This document shows, in pieces, positions 41,458 through 44,986 of a stretch of DNA of 44,986 bases. The notes beneath the pieces were generated by a model. That model saw nothing but the letters and a program-made list of their open reading frames with translations, was not told where the DNA came from and ran no database searches. A program made the position numbers and the translations under genes. The stretch lies in IMG/VR virus record IMGVR_UViG_3300044667_000249, positions 1 to 44,986 of that record; one strand, written 5' to 3'. Origin of the DNA: a virus (lineage: Duplodnaviria > Caudoviricetes). How positions within the stretch are numbered: position 1 is the stretch's first letter; each line of letters opens with the position of its first letter.

Positions 41458-42096
41458 TCACACCGGCTCCAGGGCACCCACCGGCACCTTGACGGGGTGC
41501 AGCGCGTTGAAGAACGTGAGCAGCACCTCGGCCTTGCCGCGCCGGATCGCCACTAGCTTGGCTTCCTGACCGGCATAAAGCCCTCCACCGTCGTACCAGT
41601 CGGCGATGCGCACGGTCTCCCCGACCTTCACGCCGGCGTGGATCACGGTCTTGGCCTCCTCCGTCCCCTTGGCAGCAATGGCGCGCAGCTGGGCCATGTG
41701 CTCTGGGGTGAGCGCATAGGGCTCGCCGCGCACCTTCAAGCCGAGCAGGGCGAGCGGCCCCGTCACCTCCGGAAACCGCAGCAGGCGATGGTAGTCGTCC
41801 CAGGATTCGAAGCCGACGTAGACGTAGCCCGGGATCATCGCCCGCTTCTCCTCCACGGTGCGGGTCGGCTTCCCTGGCCGCGGCCGGCGCACCATGCGGA
41901 TGTCCGTCGGGGGATAGATGGTGGGCAGCCCGATCGGCTTGCCATCCTTGTCGTAGCCCCGGATGGGGAGCCCGTAGGGCTTGCCCTCCTTGCTCACCCC
42001 GCCCCTAATGAGATGGTCGACCTGCCACACCTTCTTGGTGGGGGAGATGCGCAAGGGGTAGTAGTCGATGCGCTCCCGCTCCGGGTCGTGTTGCAT
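41458..42096 (-). CDS. NusG-family transcription antiterminator (phage paralog)
   Basis: NGN-like MIPGYVYVGF...PEVTGPL and KOW-like VKVGETVRI...YAGQEAKL...AEVLLTFF...VKVP segments. Confidence 0.85.
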   Translation of the reverse strand: MQHDPERERIDYYPLRISPTKKVWQVDHLIRGGVSKEGKPYGLPIRGYDKDGKPIGLPTIYPPTDIRMVRRPRPGKPTRTVEEKRAMIPGYVYVGFESWDDYHRLLRFPEVTGPLALLGLKVRGEPYALTPEHMAQLRAIAAKGTEEAKTVIHAGVKVGETVRIADWYDGGGLYAGQEAKLVAIRRGKAEVLLTFFNALHPVKVPVGALEPV

Positions 42097-42105
42097 GGGA
42101 CATCC

Positions 42106-42300
42106 TCAGCTCTTCTCAGGTGGCAGTTTCCACTGCTCCCGCTTCACCGGCTCGCGCTTGCCCGTCGCTGGGCTGAGCCACGTTGCGCCGACCTTCCCGG
42201 CGGCAAGCCAGGCCTTTATCAGCTCCACCGCCTCGTCCTCGGTGCAGCCCTCCCGGTGCATGACGAAGCGGATGGCGTCCTCTATGGATATGTCGCTCAT
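42106..42300 (-). CDS. Hypothetical protein (64 aa)
   Basis: AGGAG RBS before the ATG at 42300. Confidence 0.65.
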   Translation of the reverse strand: MSDISIEDAIRFVMHREGCTEDEAVELIKAWLAAGKVGATWLSPATGKREPVKREQWKLPPEKS

Positions 42301-42311
42301 CGGCTCGTCTC

Positions 42312-42587
42312 CTAGACAGTGGGTTTCGGCGGAAGCAGCATCCAATGTGTGTACTTCCGATTGATGATGGTGCCCCGGTACGGAACCTCCATCAGGCAGC
42401 CTGGGTCATCAAGACCCCTGATCGAGAACCATTGCAAGATCACGGGCGCCTCCAGGCGCACACCTTTTCGCACCGGCACCTCGCCGTCCATGTACTCGTC
42501 GTCGAACTCGTCCACAGTATCCACTGCCCACCCAAGGAACATCGTGCCATCCTTCGGGCAGGTGCCTATCGGCTGCCACTCGCTCAT
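42312..42587 (-). CDS. DUF551-like phage protein
   Basis: MSEWQPI.T.PKDGT...THWM.LP..P signature; GAGGAG RBS. Confidence 0.8.
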   Translation of the reverse strand: MSEWQPIGTCPKDGTMFLGWAVDTVDEFDDEYMDGEVPVRKGVRLEAPVILQWFSIRGLDDPGCLMEVPYRGTIINRKYTHWMLLPPKPTV

Positions 42588-42599
42588 GGGTCGCTCCTC

Positions 42600-42827
42600 T
42601 CAATCCTTCGCTTTCGCTCTGGCATCATCCACCGCCTGCTCCGCCACAGACTTGGCGATGCAGATCGCCTCATGCGCATCAACGATGCGGTTCTTGGCGT
42701 TTTTCAGCTCCGAGAGGTAGACCCCAGGGTGCTCGTGAGCGTTGCGGGCGAGCGCCCGACCAAGCTCAGCGATAGCCGCAGCAAGCTGGTTGACACACGT
42801 GGCGGCATGGTCGCGGCTGCTCTGCAT
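42600..42827 (-). CDS. Hypothetical protein (75 aa)
   Basis: GGGAG RBS; tandem with neighbours. Confidence 0.6.
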   Translation of the reverse strand: MQSSRDHAATCVNQLAAAIAELGRALARNAHEHPGVYLSELKNAKNRIVDAHEAICIAKSVAEQAVDDARAKAKD

Positions 42828-42836
42828 CGGCTCCCC

Positions 42837-43034
42837 TCATTCTTCCGCAATGCAGTCTGCGCCAGCCGCCAAGTCCTCAGAGACAACATCGGCTGGTGAC
42901 AGGCCGTCGTCGTAAGCCTCACGCCATGTCTCGTCACCAACCTCTTCCACGTACATGGTGGCGTCGTCGAGCGTGTAGCCGGCTTGCCGCCTGTACTCAG
43001 CGACCACGGCTTGCTTCCAGTCTGTGAACGTCAT
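42837..43034 (-). CDS. Hypothetical protein (65 aa, acidic)
   Basis: MTF.DW...WREAYDDGLSP pattern; tandem arrangement. Confidence 0.65.
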   Translation of the reverse strand: MTFTDWKQAVVAEYRRQAGYTLDDATMYVEEVGDETWREAYDDGLSPADVVSEDLAAGADCIAEE

Positions 43035-43048
43035 GGCCGCGCCCCCGA

Positions 43049-43348
43049 TTACGTTCCAACCCGCACACGCGGGTTCTCAGCGCCGGCCAGGATACAGTTG
43101 CTCTTGTGCACCAAGTCCTCCGCGCACCCGGCGTATTCGTCGCGCGCCTCGCACAGGTCACACTCATAGGCGCGGTCGCCATCGTCATCCGCCCGCGACC
43201 AGACGACATGCGTGATCAACTCTCGCTGCACGGCGTAGAGCTTCTTTTTCATTGCCATGATCTTCCGCGCCATGGCTGCAGCATCGACAGTCACCGTCCC
43301 GCAGCCGTCGCTAGCGCCTACCGGCCTCGTGTAGCTTGGTGGTTCCAT
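43049..43348 (-). CDS. Hypothetical protein with CxxC...H...C motif
   Basis: GGGAG RBS; 99 aa. Confidence 0.6.
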   Translation of the reverse strand: MEPPSYTRPVGASDGCGTVTVDAAAMARKIMAMKKKLYAVQRELITHVVWSRADDDGDRAYECDLCEARDEYAGCAEDLVHKSNCILAGAENPRVRVGT

Positions 43349-43357
43349 GCCGCTCCC

Positions 43358-43510
43358 TCACTTCGTCTCGGGTTTCGGCAAAGGCCTCTTCAGGCAGTCG
43401 TCCCCGCCGCAGTACCAGTACCAGAGTTGCGGATGGGCATGATCGCCCGGCCGCTCGCCGCGCCACTTGGCCTTGTCGCCACAGCGCTGGCACTTGCCGT
43501 CCTCTGACAT
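43358..43510 (-). CDS. Small zinc-finger-like protein (50 aa, not in ORF track)
   Basis: GAGGAG RBS; MSEDGKCQRCGDK...WYCGGDDCLKRP; fills the gap between neighbours. Confidence 0.6.
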   Translation of the reverse strand: MSEDGKCQRCGDKAKWRGERPGDHAHPQLWYWYCGGDDCLKRPLPKPETK

Positions 43511-43517
43511 CGGCTCC

Positions 43518-43733
43518 TCAATGTGGCTTCGTAAACTGCATGGCGAACGCGCCGACTTCCTTGTCGCTGACTTCGCCGAACGTTTCGAGCGCCCATTGTA
43601 CGCCGGCCCGACGCTCCTCCTGCGTGAGGGCGTCCCGCAGTTGATGACGTGCCTCTTTCACGAACAGCGAGTCGCTTCTGAGATCGCGCCAGAGGCATCC
43701 GTAAGCCTTCTGGGCTGCTGTAGGTTCCGACAT
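43518..43733 (-). CDS. Hypothetical protein (71 aa)
   Basis: GAGGAG RBS before the ATG at 43733. Confidence 0.65.
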   Translation of the reverse strand: MSEPTAAQKAYGCLWRDLRSDSLFVKEARHQLRDALTQEERRAGVQWALETFGEVSDKEVGAFAMQFTKPH

Positions 43734-43743
43734 CTGTTGCTCC

Positions 43744-44004
43744 TCAATGTTCACCGCGTTGCGGGTTGCGGGTCCTAAGATCACGGGTGCCGTAGACCTG
43801 AACGGCCAACAGTTCGTTCGTCTCCATGTCGTAGCCGAGCGACACGTGGCGCGAATGCCAAACCCAGACGGTCGGGCAGTCTCGCAGCACCATGGTTGTG
43901 TGCCTCGGGTATTCCTCCTGGTAGGTGACGGACGGCTTGGACTCGACAGCCATGCAGCACTCTGGGAAGTCCATCGGGCATCCTTCGCACATGGGTATCG
44001 GCAT
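43744..44004 (-). CDS. Hypothetical Cys-rich protein (86 aa)
   Basis: GGGAG upstream of the ATG at 44004. Confidence 0.55.
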   Translation of the reverse strand: MPIPMCEGCPMDFPECCMAVESKPSVTYQEEYPRHTTMVLRDCPTVWVWHSRHVSLGYDMETNELLAVQVYGTRDLRTRNPQRGEH

Positions 44005-44089
44005 CGTTCTCTCCCGTTGCCCTCGTTTCTGGATTGCGAGGGCAACCGCTCCTCTCAATCCTTTGGCTTCGGCTTCGGGCGCGCGCCCG

Positions 44090-44986
44090 TCACTCCCCCG
44101 CCATCGCCTTCCCGCGCCGCACCTCCTCCACAGCCCGTGCGATCTCCGGCGCCAGCTGCTTCACGTGGAACCCTCGTGCGGGGTGGGCGGCCGCCCGCGT
44201 GAACACCGGCTTCACCGCCTCTCCCAGCGCCGAGACCTGACGGGCCTGCAGCGCAGACCGCTGCGCCTCGGCCTCCGCCTCCTCGGCCAGCATGTCGGCG
44301 CACACCTTCGCGAAGTGCACCCGCGCCCGCCCCTGGTGCTCCTTCACGGACCGCCGCATGGCGGCCTCAAGGAACGCCCTGAGACCTTCCTCGGACCATA
44401 CCCTGATCTTCAACGCCTTCGCGGCAGGGAGCACGTAGCGCTGCTCGAAGTAGTCGGGCGGCGTCCTGCGGTCGCGCCGCTCCTCCTCGAACAGCCACCC
44501 CGCATCGAAGTACCCGTGGGGCAGCTCGGTACGGTTGGGGGCCGCTGCGATGGCTCCCTTGAGCATGGTGCGCACCAGCCCCTCCAGCAGCCAGGCATCG
44601 TCCGACTGGTCGAGGCTGCGCGTCCAGATGCGCCGCTGCAGCGCCCAGCCCACGTAGGGGTCCCGGGGGAGGCGCGCCGTGATCCTGTCCCGCTGCCAGC
44701 CGGTGAGCCCGATAAGGACCGGCCACACGCCCTTGGGCCCGCCGTAGTCGGGCCGGTCGCCTCCGGTGGCATGGTCATACCAGCGCAGGGGATTGCCGCC
44801 GATCCAATCCTCCTCCTTCGCCACCATGGTCGCCCACGCGACCCTGACCTTGCCGATACTGTCGGGGCCGTAGTCGTCCCTGACACGGCGGAAGGACAGC
44901 TTGCCCACCGATACGGGCTGGACGGCGCTGGCAATCCACAGGGCCTGCGGTGCGAACAGCTCGAAGGCGGCCTTGAGGCCGCCCGC
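44090..44986 (-). CDS. Hypothetical protein, 5' end probably outside window
   Basis: The frame of the 44090..44908 ORF stays open to the window end with typical codon usage. Confidence 0.65.
   Translation of the reverse strand, partial: AGGLKAAFELFAPQALWIASAVQPVSVGKLSFRRVRDDYGPDSIGKVRVAWATMVAKEEDWIGGNPLRWYDHATGGDRPDYGGPKGVWPVLIGLTGWQRDRITARLPRDPYVGWALQRRIWTRSLDQSDDAWLLEGLVRTMLKGAIAAAPNRTELPHGYFDAGWLFEEERRDRRTPPDYFEQRYVLPAAKALKIRVWSEEGLRAFLEAAMRRSVKEHQGRARVHFAKVCADMLAEEAEAEAQRSALQARQVSALGEAVKPVFTRAAAHPARGFHVKQLAPEIARAVEEVRRGKAMAGE

Larger units (their letters stand above)
1..44986. mobile_element. Podovirus-like phage/prophage genome segment (late operon plus part of the accessory region)
   Basis: Co-oriented terminase subunits, portal, scaffold, capsid, tail tubular A/B and internal virion genes in T7/BPP-1-like order. 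No host housekeeping genes, integrase or att site seen in the window. Confidence 0.95.

Noticed and set aside
1-44986. CRISPR array, tRNA/rRNA, or a BPP-1-type diversity-generating retroelement
   Set aside because: I saw no regularly spaced repeat-spacer array, no convincing cloverleaf, and no reverse transcriptase or template/variable repeat pair by eye. A dedicated scan was not possible.

Overview
The whole window is a GC-rich tailed phage or prophage, read almost entirely on the minus strand, with T7/BPP-1-like podovirus head and tail genes. An alphaproteobacterial host is my guess and is not shown by the sequence. From right to left the order is: small accessory ORFs; a NusG-family antiterminator; a late promoter with a structured leader; terS; a cassette of fibre/decoration-like genes; a 7.5 kb cluster of glycosyltransferase-like and tailoring enzymes; terL; portal; scaffold; major capsid; tail tubular A; an inverted GT8 gene; tail tubular B; internal virion proteins; and a >3173-aa multidomain ('polyvalent') protein that the ORF track missed because it runs off the left edge. 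The standout signal is the tripeptide Asp-Thr-Gly (DTG). By my count it occurs 41 times in about 2,470 aa of seven probably virion-exterior proteins, with varied synonymous codons. It occurs zero times in about 6,670 aa of the internal proteins, portal, terminase, scaffold and major capsid. Together with the co-oriented glycosyltransferase-like cluster, this suggests a sequon-directed virion O-glycosylation (or similar) system that I do not know to be described; this is an inference. Secondary signals are two small genes apparently nested inside the giant gene, one of them antisense across a HExxH motif. All family calls come from motif recognition by eye, with no database search.
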